A DNA stretch of 64,000 nt from Lingula anatina (Eukaryota > Animalia > Brachiopoda). The notes beneath the pieces were generated by a model. It saw nothing but the letters and a program-made list of their open reading frames with translations. It made no database searches and was not told the DNA's origin. Positions 52,309-64,000 of the stretch are shown piece after piece; the first letter of the stretch is position 1, and the number at the start of each line of letters is the position of its first letter. The DNA lies in NCBI GenBank assembly GCA_051362555.1, contig CM120645.1, positions 12,090,001 to 12,154,000 on the forward strand, read 5' to 3'. Position numbers and translations under genes: made by a program.

Positions 52309-55300
52309 TTATATTTAGCCAAACAGTCTTATACATATACATACGTCCTGAATAGAGAATTGGAATAGAGAATTCTATTGCGAGAATGTCTGTTGCGTGA
52401 AACCGCTCTCGGCACTCAGTCGTGTACCGGGGTATGTGCGGTCACAGACAACGTGCGCTTCCGTTTGTATCGCACCGCACGCGCGGTGTCTACCTGTGCG
52501 TGGCGTTTGGTAAATCTTCCTCTCTCGATAACTAGATAATGACCACAGTAACAGATAACTAGCACCCAGGTCTTGCAATTGCAGAATTTGAGGTGCTGGG
52601 TTGCTTCCATTAGGCACTCCTGTTGTAAAACAGGTGTGGTTATTTAACACAGTGTTGGCAGCTATGGCAGTTATGCCAATATTGTTCCAGGACCATAAAA
52701 CATTGACATGGAGATTTGATGGTGCTGATTGCTACATTCGGTATACATGTATCTGTGATGGGATCGATGAATATTGATTTGAACTAATTATATCGCCCCT
52801 AGATCGGTTTCTTAGCCCATAACTAACAGGCTTCGGTGCCAAATGAGCGGTCGGGTTTTTGATGTTGGCACCAATTGTAGGACAGCTTTGGACTAGGTTG
52901 CTGGAGACAGGCATATAACTTATGGATAAACGTCATTCAATTTATCGATTTGACAGAGATGTTTAGTCAAATGTTTGTAACACTGTAAGCGACGGATATT
53001 TACTGTATCTTATTATAGACGTTGGCTTTTAACGCAGTAGATTCAATTAAGAGTGCCCAAAGGAGATGGAAACTTATAAAATAACTGCTGTTGCGAAGGA
53101 ATTTGGAATTGTCCAATGTAATTAAACAAAATTGGAACAAAATAATCAGAATTTTGATTGCGCAAAGTATTCATTTCTTGTACAAAAAAGTTGCTTTTTG
53201 CTTTGATTGGTGCTTTAATGTGGAACGCGTTTATTACAATACTCCGGCTAAAAACACCGAGCAAAAAGGAGACGATATAGAATACCACATACGGAAAACG
53301 TTAGGGTTGACACATATTTCAAGTTTGTGATAAGTATGATTTGACTTTGAAAATTAAGTATTACAAAATCAGAAATAATCCTGCTGACCAGGACAAACGG
53401 AGAACAAAGACATGAAATTGAATAACGTTTGTAAATAGGATATACGGTTAGTCAAATGCAAGCAATCGCAAATAAAAGAACATCCACTGAGCCGATATGG
53501 CTCTTTATCCGTCTTTCTCTCCATTCATTTGTCCTTTCAAAAGTATAAAAAAGACGGAGAAATCCAACTGTGTAAAATAATGTAGGGGGGGAGGCTTTGC
53601 GCACATTCTATTTAAACACATTTTTCAATGAGGAGTGAATCGGTAAAATTAAAACATTTTTCACAAAGTGTACAAATGTTGTTTGATTATTATTATTATT
53701 TAAAATCAGAAAGTTTTATGTTTTATGTTTAGTCTTCATAATACAGTGCCATAGCGATTTGTGATACAAGGATTATATCAATTAAATTAAATTAAATTGA
53801 CTAATGACGTTTTGTGCATTAGCACTAGAAATTTAAAACTGTATATGATCCGACTGTTGATTCGAGAATGAATTAATTATGTGAAATCTCTTAATCAGCC
53901 AGCAATTGTAATCGATTTGCTGCAACAGGACGCAATCAGGACGTAGCAATATGTAGTTTATAAAAAGGGGGCTATTTGCCTTAAGGATTGCTGCAAATTA
54001 TTCATGTAAAATATAATTTCCTTCCAATTAAGACGGGATCCAATACGAAGCGCTCACATACGAATACCGGTCTAATTAAGTCCACAATGCGCAATTTCGT
54101 ATTCATTTTCCATGGATTCAGTTATTAGAGAATCTCAAATTGTTACACTTAAACTTGAAGTCATTAAAGAGCTTATTCTGTGAAAAGAATTGATGTCCAC
54201 TGCTCAATTTGTGTCATTGATTAAATAAAAAATTAACAAACAGTGTCCTCTTCAATCTCAAGTAAATTGTTTGACAAATGCAAACAACAAATAATAATAA
54301 TGAGTCTACAGTCTTAAATAATGAAGTTCCCAACTTTGGACAGCTGTTGAAGTATAACCTTTAAGTGCGCGCATGAACGCACAGGATAGGTAAGCATATT
54401 TGGAAGATCATTTGAGTAAAATTCAATATATTGTATCAGCTACCGGGAGTTCCATTTCCTCAAAACAGCGCATCAGTCTTGGTTTGGTGAAACAATTTTC
54501 TCGGACAATGCAGTCCTATTAATATCACAGGACTTTGACACTGCAGCTGACGCCATTGATCAATCTGACTAGATGGATGGTACTTTCAGCTGATAAACTA
54601 ACGTATACGACAGGTCTGTGATAACTTACGCATAAATATTATAGGAAAGGCAAGGTGAGTTGAGGTGAAATATGTATAGATATATGGTATGTATTTTCTG
54701 TTTGGGTGTCAAACCAATTATGGTTCACTTTTGTCCGCCGATAATTGAAGCATGAGTATTTTAACAGTTAAAATTAGTGTAAGTGTTGGTCCATTCAATT
54801 GTGTGGGTATGGAAAAGTATATCTGAAGTCTTCTTGTTGATGTTTAGTTTTTTTTATCCCACTAACAACTTGATTTTTAGAGAAAGTTATTTCTACAAAA
54901 AGATTCAGAAAACCGTTTCACAATGAGATCAATTGTGTTATCGCTTTCGTTAAAAAAAGATTCATGTACTTGTATTTATGACTGTCATAACAAATGTGTC
55001 ATGCGAAAATTTCAATGCTGCAATGGCGATTAAGTTAATTTGAATATCTAAAACCTCGATAATATTACCCTTGAAAATACAGTAGTAAATTCAGGTGAAA
55101 ATAAAATTGATATTGTTTGAGATTTAATCTCCTTGCAGACAGACAGACACACTGTGGAAAAACTGTCAAATTTATTGGTTTTAAAATTACTCCTGTCACT
55201 TCAGAGCGATAACTATACATCCTTAAAATAGCAAAAAAAAATACTTTTTTGTTCATAATAATTATTACTGTACGGGCGATGGAATATAAGTAATGCTTTC

Positions 55301-55581
55301 GACTATTACGGATAATAGCCACATACTTAATCCATTCTTGCTGCTTGTGTATTCTGTGAATTCATTGTTTCAAGTGACCACTTGTTTGAGAATCAACTAC
55401 TGGGAATATAAAATGGCTTATACTACTATATCGTTTCTGTCAGGCACTTCCCAATACTTAAGTAGATGCGCTCTTTTGAACAACGGTTAAATATAGATAT
55501 GCTGCGATCGAAGTTATTTCCTCGTCAAAGAACAGGAAATAAGTCAAGCCTTTATTTTGTAGTTTACCACGTGTCGGTTGA

Positions 55582-56325
55582 AGTTGCTACCTTTACAAAG
55601 ATTCAGAATCAAAATATTTATCACGGGTCACCAATTGAATGGCTGGGTTCGTATGCAAACTTGATGTTATTTTGCATATTCCACTGTCCCGTGGTATCTG
55701 ACCTGTTATCTAAACACGCGCACAAGTCAAATTAACTGTTTTCATTGTTCGTCTGTTGTGTCTTTCTATAGATTGAAAAAAAATGGCTGCTGTGTTTGCA
55801 GTCCCGAAATCGTTTAAGTATACGTCAGTGTACCTAAACCCTTTTATCAAGTCGCACAATCCCAATTATGAAAGACTGCGTCAGTAATATATCAGATCGA
55901 TGACAAGCATCTGATAAAGTCAAACTTTGTGTTTCGAAATCGCTCAAGGACAGGTAATAAACTAAACAGCCTTTTTTGTAGTACACTGCGTCTTCGTTGC
56001 TACCTTTGCAGAGAATCAGAATGTGAATATTTATCAAGGACCACTTATTAAATAATTGTATTTATATTCACGCGTCATGTAAATTTCCTTATTTTACTGT
56101 CACTTAATAATATCTGACTTTTATCTAAACAGACGCACGGATCAAAATCAACCTTTTCGTCTTTTGCGTGATTTTGTAAAAATAGAAAATGGCTGGTTTC
56201 ATCGTAGTATCGTTAGAATACACGGCAGTGTACCTAAACACCTTAATTATGGTTAAATAATGATTCAGAGTCAACAAAATGTCATATTCAAGATGTTGGT
56301 CTAATTAAGTCAAACTTTATGCATT
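55582..56325. repeat. Diverged ~400-bp tandem duplication upstream of the paralog's first coding exon
   Basis: Collinear blocks: gttgctacctttacaaagattcagaat / gttgctacctttgcagagaatcagaat, tatctgac..ttatctaaaca, aaaatggctg, cagtgtacctaaac and aagtcaaacttt, at offsets of about 390-415 bp. Confidence 0.7.
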
Positions 56326-56603
56326 TATTTATCCAGGCAATTGGTTTATTTTCTCTCGGCTATCAGTCAATTGTAGCCATTAATTTAACAAGTGCACACG
56401 TGCCCTTTTGCGCAGCAGTCTTGTTTCAAACGCTATCTAAATGTCAGTGACGTGGCAATGAAACAAAATTCAATTTTAATTCCTTTTTTTTTTAAATCTA
56501 AACTGAAGACGATAAACGCTATGGCGTTGTCGTTTCAGAATCATACTGGAGACCACTCCTCAATACCTTTTATTTTGTTTTTCAGGAGGTCTGGTGACCA
56601 AAA

Positions 56604-58121
56604 ATGACTCAGTGGGCGACCTACCGCCTTGTTCTAACAATATGCACAGTTATTCTGAGTTGCCGTAGCAACGAAGTGCGGGTTTGTAAGCATCCGCCGA
56701 CGTGTGAGGAACCAAACTGCTACCAAAAGTGAGTTATTGTCATCAACACAGTTTCCATTCGATTAAGTTACCTTCTGCATGTTTATATTTGTAAAAGCTA
56801 CCATTTTAGGTATCAACAGAGAACAGAGATGAGAAAGCATTTGTTCTGATCAGCGTAATATTTGCCTTTGAACGATTGATCAAAGAGAACAACCTCCAGG
56901 GGACTTTGTTTGACTTTCATTTTGTTGAATAAAAAATATGTCGATGCGATGGTGCTTTTTTATCAGGATGTTTGGTCCCGGTTAGATAATGTATCATTTA
57001 TTTTTCTCAGAATTTATGTTACGTGACCAACAAAAGCACCCTTAACTCCCTATTGCCAAAGTGAATGCGTTTATCTGCCCTTTGAGAATAGGTAATCGTG
57101 ACGAGAGCTGGTTCATTTCAGTTAAACCACGAGTGTTAATCAGTCACCTGGTCGCTTTTGAAGCTGGAAGAGTTCCCTTATAGCATTTATTTACATCATT
57201 TAAATACTTTTTCATAATTTAAATATTAAGATTTCTTTAGCCACATTTGGTTATTCTATAGAGACTACATATTTACGAAAGTAACGCATAAGTGTGTTCG
57301 AACATATCGAATTTTACGGGAAAATGCTTCCTATCTTTAATCAATTGCACGTGAAATAAATTGCCGTTCCTTCTGAAGACGCCTTTCCCAAATTCATATC
57401 CCGTATTTTTTTGCAAGTGTTGTTTTTCACACAGTACATATTTGTTCAGGGGATAATTAATCACTCTGCAATAATGGCATCAATATTGATACTGAGCAAA
57501 AGCAAACAAAAGATGTGTTATTGAAAATGCAAGCGGTTGCCACTTGAAGTCATGCTTGAATTAGACGTCAAGAGAGCGAGACGTTTATATGACACTAGGC
57601 ATTTCCCTAATGCCTTTTTTCATTAAGTTCTATAATAAATAGACAAGGACTCCGAAAAAAGTTTAGTTACAGGTGTTTAAATATTAACGTGTTTTAATGC
57701 ATTTAAGTGCATTTGAAGATAATTAAGATTTTAGTTAGTATACCACCATTTTGTGATTTTAATACATATTTTGATATTTTGTGAAAATTATGATTATATT
57801 TAAGATCGGCTTGATAACATCAAATGTTGATATGTGTAGTGTGATTTATTTAATTATTTGTGAAATGAATAGAAAATTTCAATGTATCTTAACGTAAACG
57901 GTATGCAATGGGCGACCTCCCGTCTTGTCTGAACTGTATGTGCAGTTATCCTGAGTTGCCATAGCAACTGAGCGAAGGTTTGTAAACATCTGAGGAGCCA
58001 AACTTCTGGTTGAACCGAACATAGGATGTCCAAACGGAATATATTTACAAAGTGTGTTGGGTCATTGAGTTGATTGATGTCATTATGAAGTCCACATTTA
58101 TCGATTCGAATTTCGTTATAC

Positions 58122-58168
<47 letters not shown>

Positions 58169-61100
58169 TATAGTTTACACATGGAGGCATGGAGACAGAC
58201 ACAGATACATATAAATATAATTTTCTTAACGAAAGGGTGTGGTTTTATAAATACCATGTATTCAGACGTCATTAAACTTACATGCAATTGAAAATGACCA
58301 CGTTTGTGTCAATACAAATGCGTCTTCAGTTACAAAGTAATTTCAACTTTTTCACAAATGTAAGCTGCTGGCGATTAGAAAATTTGTAGTCAATGAAAGA
58401 AATATAAAATAAATAAAATGTCGACTGTGCCATCTCTGAGTACTGTTACTGACCACTGATATTGGTTGTGTTTCAGAGAAGTGGAATGTGTATCCGGCCA
58501 GTGCTCGGACAAGGGCCAGTGTGTCTGTGAACCCTGCTGGACAGGACCTTCGTGCGACATTTACGGTATGTAATTGATTTAAGCACCCGCTCTGGCATGT
58601 TATATATAAACTCGTTTTGTATCAAATTTGCACCATTGACTCACGTGCACGGGAAATTGTATTCCTACACACGAATGTGACTCTCCATTATTTTCCCTAA
58701 CCAATGTTTTGGATGCAATCTATCCGAATGTGGCTTTTTTTAAACATAAAATACATAATTGTAAACCAAAACAAGTTTTTTTTTTCAAATGGTAAACGAA
58801 TTTAGTAATAGGAGCTATGGCATGTGGTAAAAAACCACCCGGGGTCGGTCCCACGACCTCCCGCACCGGCGACGAGCGAGATTTATCACTTTACTATAAA
58901 ATCACATCACGCTGAAGGGTCTCACGCTTAAAAAAGATATATTGGTTTACTTACCCAGGTGAATACAAAATCGATATGACAGTAAGTCATATTTCAACCC
59001 ACTTCACATACGAGACGATTGCTATTAATTTTATCTCTGGGGCATAAATGTCATGCTCCCTCAGATGGCTGCAACAGCCCCAAGTAATTTGAAGTTAAAT
59101 ACACTGTACGTGGACAGACATAGGTTACCTTCAATGCAAACACTCAGTGAACACATTTAAGAGGAAAATATTTTGTTCAAAAATTATCCAAAATAGTCTC
59201 TCGAATGTAAGCTACCATTGAACTGTGTTCAATGCAATTTATCACCTCTACCCCAATAAAAAAATTGACACAGTATACTATCCTTGGCAAAATTAAACGT
59301 TTGCTGCATATTGTCGCAAATTATTCAGTATAAAAGTTGGTTTTGTTGCAAATATGTTGCAAATTTTCAAGAACATCCTGATTTCCGACAGGTTGATTAG
59401 AAAGTCTTCATACCTCATAGTCATGAAAAAATACCTTGCTGTAAATTTGCAAGAAGATATCCATGCCAGAGTTTTTGCTAAGGGTGGTCCACTTCTTGCC
59501 TGAAATAAACAGCCTTTTCCCTAAGGTGATCCCAAACCTGTGTGAATGCAATAAGTGTTCAATTAACAAGGTCCATAAATAGATATTTGTTGAGCAAATG
59601 ACGTCAGAAATCTAGTTTTTTATAATCTTACGTACTTTCCAGTCAATTTTTGTTGTATTGGGATTATTATGTTACCATTAAAGCGCTCGTGAAGGCAACC
59701 GTGACATTTGCAATCCCAAACGATGTTCGTTATGTGCTGTATCTGTTTCACTGCTAATGGATTGAGATGCCATAAATATTGACATGCGATACGAGATGCA
59801 AAATTTACAACAAAACAGTGTTACATATATGATGAGTAGATATCGATCAGGCGCATCTTCTGAGGGTGGTTTTTTAGTTCAAGGCAAAAAAGGTAACTAT
59901 CTAAATAAAAAAAAAATGAAACAATTTATGAAAATAAAATACCTAGTGGATCTTTTTTGTTAAAACTGTGCATTTTGGAATAGCCATGGACTATTCAGCG
60001 CATATGCCGTCTGTCGAGAAGGACGGATTTAGCAAATGCTATAATCAGAATAAAGAGACAGCCAAGTAAATTTGTATCAGTACGATTTCAAGTTCCTATT
60101 GGCCGTTTTACGAGTCCTTTAGATGAATCGGTCAGTTAAAATTTTAACATTTGAAAAACTGCAGAGAAGTGCGTATCTTCATTCAGTTTGTGCCAATTTG
60201 CGATACATGTATAAAGAAGTAACCGACTTCATGACGCGAACAAGGTCAAACCCGACATTTCTGTACACTTCTGAAATGAAATACAAGAGTGAAGATACCC
60301 TGAAAGTAGTGTGTTACAATGTATTATAGTGTATAAATAGTTAAATGAACCATATGGTAATATTATTATGCATTTCAGCACCAAAACTACAAAAGGATCT
60401 ACATGTCGTGTCATAAATCCAATTCTGGAATAGCTTGGAACCCTGAGCTAGCAAACAAACCAGGCACGTTAAATTGTCTTAAATTTTCTGAATTAAAATA
60501 AAATTCTAACAAAATAGGATATTTTATTTACAGAGAACAAACATCAGCCACAATTCTGGAGAGACGTCGACACATTTGAAATAGCAGGCAATGTAGCTGG
60601 AGGAACACCCGTATTCCAAGTTACCGCCTATGACCTTGACACTTTGGAGACCTGCCCTACCGGTTGGAAAAACCAAGGTTTGAACTGCACGTGTGCAGAG
60701 GTTTTGTACTCCATCGATGAGTCAAATGACCATGGTCTTTTCTCCATTGATCCCCACACCGGTGAGTTGAGCATCAAAGTTGGGACACCAATGTTGGATG
60801 ATACCACGTACAAGTTGGTCGTTGGGGCCAGAAACCCGGTCCCGAATGACGAAAGGCAGACATATGCCATCAGTGAGAGAGATCTCGCGGGTTCTCGTAT
60901 CACCCTCGAGATAACTGTCGCCGATGTCACAGACGCTGAGCCCCGTGTATATGACGAACAGGTCGACAGCGAATGGCATGATAAAGGGTATTCAAAATTT
61001 GATGACACGATGGACAATTACTATGATGAAGAGGTCCATTCAAGACATAAAAGGGTAAAGAAACATGTTTTACTCTGCAGGGTTACACTTAAGTGAATTC

Positions 61101-62800
61101 AAATCCGTGGTAATTATGTTTATTAAAACTTTCCAACCAGTGTAGTACTAGAAAAAAAATAAATGGTTAACTTTTTGCAAATGCAAAAGGACACCAAAAA
61201 GTGTGTCTATACTTATCTTTTTATTCATTTATTTTTTCAAAAACGCAGTCAAACCAATCAAATAATATCTACTATACTTTAAAAGCTTGGCCGGAAGGAG
61301 AAAAATTTCGTCAACAAAAAGGCTAACTTTGCATTATCAGTGATAATTCGAAATTTAATGCCTTTGCAACAAATCGAAAAATTGCAGAACAAAATTCTCA
61401 TCTAATCGACTGAAAATAGAATAAACTAGAGGACAATGATCAAAGCCTGCAACAGGCCTGACAATTGATGATGAATTTGCAATTTAAAAAGAACGCCACC
61501 ATTCCATTTTATTCACTGTTGACCAAATTTTACCTATATTCTCAGGAGGTGACTGTAGACAGCCCGATCCCAGATAACCTCACGTTCTACTTGGAGAGAC
61601 ACCCAAACATCACCCAGATCTATGATGGGACCGAGCTGTCGTTCCGGGTGACCATCCACTTCCCTTCAGGTATATATGATATCACAATTATCCCAATACA
61701 GTCAAAATATAGATTCGTGGTTGATACCTGAACACGAATTCGTTTATAGCATTTTAGGTGTAATACTAAAGAACTCGCCCATATTGTAGTAGATTTTCGA
61801 AAGCATTTCATGATATATTTTCAAAAGTATAATTTAAATTTAAATATAATCCGAAATCAAATACATGCACTGTGGTATTCTTCAGACTGAGAAAGAGAAA
61901 ATAAGGTTGAGAAAACTTAAATCTAGCATTTTTACTTCCCTTTTTTAAATGAATAGTTTAATAGAAAACTATTCAAACAACTGAAAACTATTCAAACAAC
62001 CAGTCACATTTTAAAAAATTCTAACAGGTTCTTCCGACGTCGTGGTGGAACTCTTCTCATCGGATAACGACACGACCCAAGCTATGTTGTGCAACCCGCG
62101 GGTGGTCCACGTGGGGGATAACCTCAACATGGGGAATGTGACCCCAGTTTTGGAGTCTGTATACGGCAACGGCATTGTGAGTACAAAACTTTTAGTTGCT
62201 TAATAGTAAGACTGCTGCCAAAGGCCTCCTGTGACATGTCAGTGCAGTGTTGTGAACACTGTATTTGACTTAAAAACGCGTTTTGTGTGAGCAACGGGTG
62301 CTCTACTCCTAATATTTGCAATCAACCTTTACTACTACAGTGTACATGTACTACTACTGCTGCTGCCAGTAAAAAGAAGAAAGATTGTATGAGGATTTAT
62401 TATTAGTAGTAGTAGCAGTAGTGGTAGTAATACTAGTAGTAGTAGTAGTAACTGTAGTACATGTAGTACTGGTAGTAGTTGAAGCAGTAGGCTAGCATAA
62501 TTTAGAAAAACTAGATTTTTCTTTCCTTCAGCACGTTCTTATTCATATATTAATAAATTAACATGTTTTCAATACCAGTACGACAGAGCCATCCTTAACC
62601 TTGGTACAGTGGAAAACAGCGGAACCGACTCGTCCACGCCCAACGCCAGCATGGTCTTCATCGACTACAAGGTGTACAAGATCACGTCTAATTTAACAGT
62701 CTCCGGGGAGGAGTACTGGTTGAGTGCGGGGGCCTCCTTCAACAATGACAGCGACATTTGGGTGGCACAGGTGTCCTACATCACGGAGACTGATGTTTTT
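56604..62800 (+). CDS. Tandem paralog of the giant secreted gene, 5' part (continues beyond the window)
   Basis: Exons: 56604-56728 (MTQWATYRLVLTICTVILSC, signal-like), 58477-58565 (EGF, CVSGQCSDKGQCVCEPCWTGPSCD), 60534-61054 (cadherin NKHQPQF..TAYDLD..YSI..GLFSIDPHTGEL..KLVVGARNP, ending RHKR), then 61546-61669, 62028-62176 and 62579-62800 (first ~165-aa repeat). Phases are consistent. A possible non-coding upstream exon ends at the donor at 54654 (aag|gtgagt). Confidence 0.82.
57903..58006 (+). pseudogene. Degenerate intronic copy of the paralog's first coding exon
   Basis: caatgggcgacctcccgtcttgtctgaactgtatgtgcagttatcctgagttgccatagcaac aligns to 56610-56672. The copy has two in-frame TGA codons (57930, 57969), a 10-nt deletion and no donor. 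Confidence 0.8.
58835..58897 (-). mobile_element. Possible tRNA-derived SINE head fragment
   Basis: A GC-rich island in an AT-rich intron. The minus strand reads tagtaaagtgataa...cgggaggtcgtgggaccgaccccggg, resembling degenerate Pol III A and B boxes. Confidence 0.35.
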
Positions 62801-63563
62801 GTAAGTAGTTTTTTTTCCTTTTTCATCTTGTCATTTTTGTCTACATTGTGCGCTGTAGCGTTACTCATAATGTGTGTGAACACCAGCATGGGCGAAAGGT
62901 CATATTTAGAGTAGGTGTTTAGGGGCATATTTAGAAGCAAAGAAGAATGCACACTCGGGAATATACATGCGTTGGAGAGGACAGAATTTTAAATATTTTT
63001 AAACAAAATGGCTACAGATCAAAATATTCAAATTCTATAACAGCCAGTTACACGTACTAGACGCACCATAGTTTTTCGGTTAAAAGAAAACGTGTCTCCA
63101 TCCTCCTTTAGATTCATGAAGGTTACGATTAGCGTGACGTATATGGGTCAGAATCTAGGACGAGGCTTACCTGTACAAATAGATGGAAACCGGACCATGT
63201 GGCACAGGTGATTGTCTTGCACATGGCGCTGGCATGGTTATGTACGTTTGCCAGACCAATTATAAATTGATTTTCGGTACTTTTGATAATAAATGTAAAT
63301 AGAGTGTCGTCTTTGTTCTGAAAGTGACCAGAGAGAGAAAGAGAGTATGACATCAAATCATATTAGAGAATCATAGAGAGAGAGAGACTATAAAATGAAA
63401 TGAGTGCGCATTTTACCAATATTCAGTGCATCGCTTACAATGCTCTAGTACCGGCTTAATCAATTCATTAGGATTATTTAGGGATTTTAGAAAAAGAGTG
63501 TCAGGTAAAATGAAACTGTCATTTCCTTATTCAATATTTTATATCTATTTTACTCTTATTGTC

Positions 63564-63601
<38 letters not shown>

Positions 63602-64000
63602 GACAGAAATCCTTCGGTATTCTTTCCCCCTACTCAGTCTGAAGTTGAAAACATTCTATTATATGACACACATGAATTTTGGGAAACTAGACAGGCTTTT
63701 TTATATACACTAGACAGTTTTTTTAAACGCACGGGTTTTAGGAATTTAGGAAGACAAAAATCAAAAACCAGTGCAGCCATGTTGTGCTCCGAGTCTCAGC
63801 TATCTGAGCATATGTTAGTCCGTCATCCATCAAGTCTGTTATCGACATTTTCTCATTTATTATGAATCTTTTCCAAACAGCGCGCTGAAACTCGACCGGG
63901 CGTTATATCCGTTGCCAGGCGTCCGCGTCTTTGTACCGGGTATCCAGGAAAAGAGCGCCATTTCCTCCACGCACTGACAGCATCGATAACACATCTAAAT

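Noticed and set aside
53043-53330. Short ORFs that might be a retroelement remnant
   Set aside because: No RT or endonuclease motif could be identified.
63881-64000. GC-rich stretch after an acceptor-like ttccaaacag, a possible next exon of the paralog
   Set aside because: The phase-0 frame is open (RAETRPGVISV...) but shows no similarity to repeat 2, and the window edge truncates it, so it cannot be supported.
1-64000. CRISPR arrays, rRNA, tRNA genes or prokaryotic operons
   Set aside because: None seen. The sequence is spliceosomal-intron-rich eukaryotic DNA, and most short ORFs in the track are intronic noise or exon fragments with read-through.

Overview
AT-rich, intron-containing animal (invertebrate-like) genomic DNA, not prokaryotic. 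Five protein-coding loci can be reconstructed by hand. (1) The 3' end of an HMGA-type AT-hook gene, whose upstream region is one long in-frame ORF of degenerate AT-hook/HxY repeats (1-1697, +). (2) An intronless gene joining two N-terminal hydrophobic helices and a coiled coil to a Ran-like small GTPase with non-canonical catalytic residues (7655-8695, +). (3) A Ly6/uPAR (three-finger) protein with a Thr-rich stalk and a probable GPI signal (12613-13820, -; first coding exon uncertain). (4) A complete 31-exon gene of 2008 aa (23622-47404, +) for a secreted protein: signal peptide, EGF, one Cys-insert cadherin domain, acidic linker, furin site, about 7 copies of an unnamed ~165-aa beta-rich repeat, F5/8 type C (discoidin) domain and Asp-box region. 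(5) The 5' part of a diverged tandem paralog of (4), from 56604 and running off the window. Introns and intergenic DNA hold several MITE-like elements, local duplications and microsatellites. The best candidates for something undescribed are the membrane-anchored Ran-like GTPase and the tandem family of giant EGF-cadherin-furin-repeat secreted proteins. All gene models and domain calls come from manual reading; no database searches were run.
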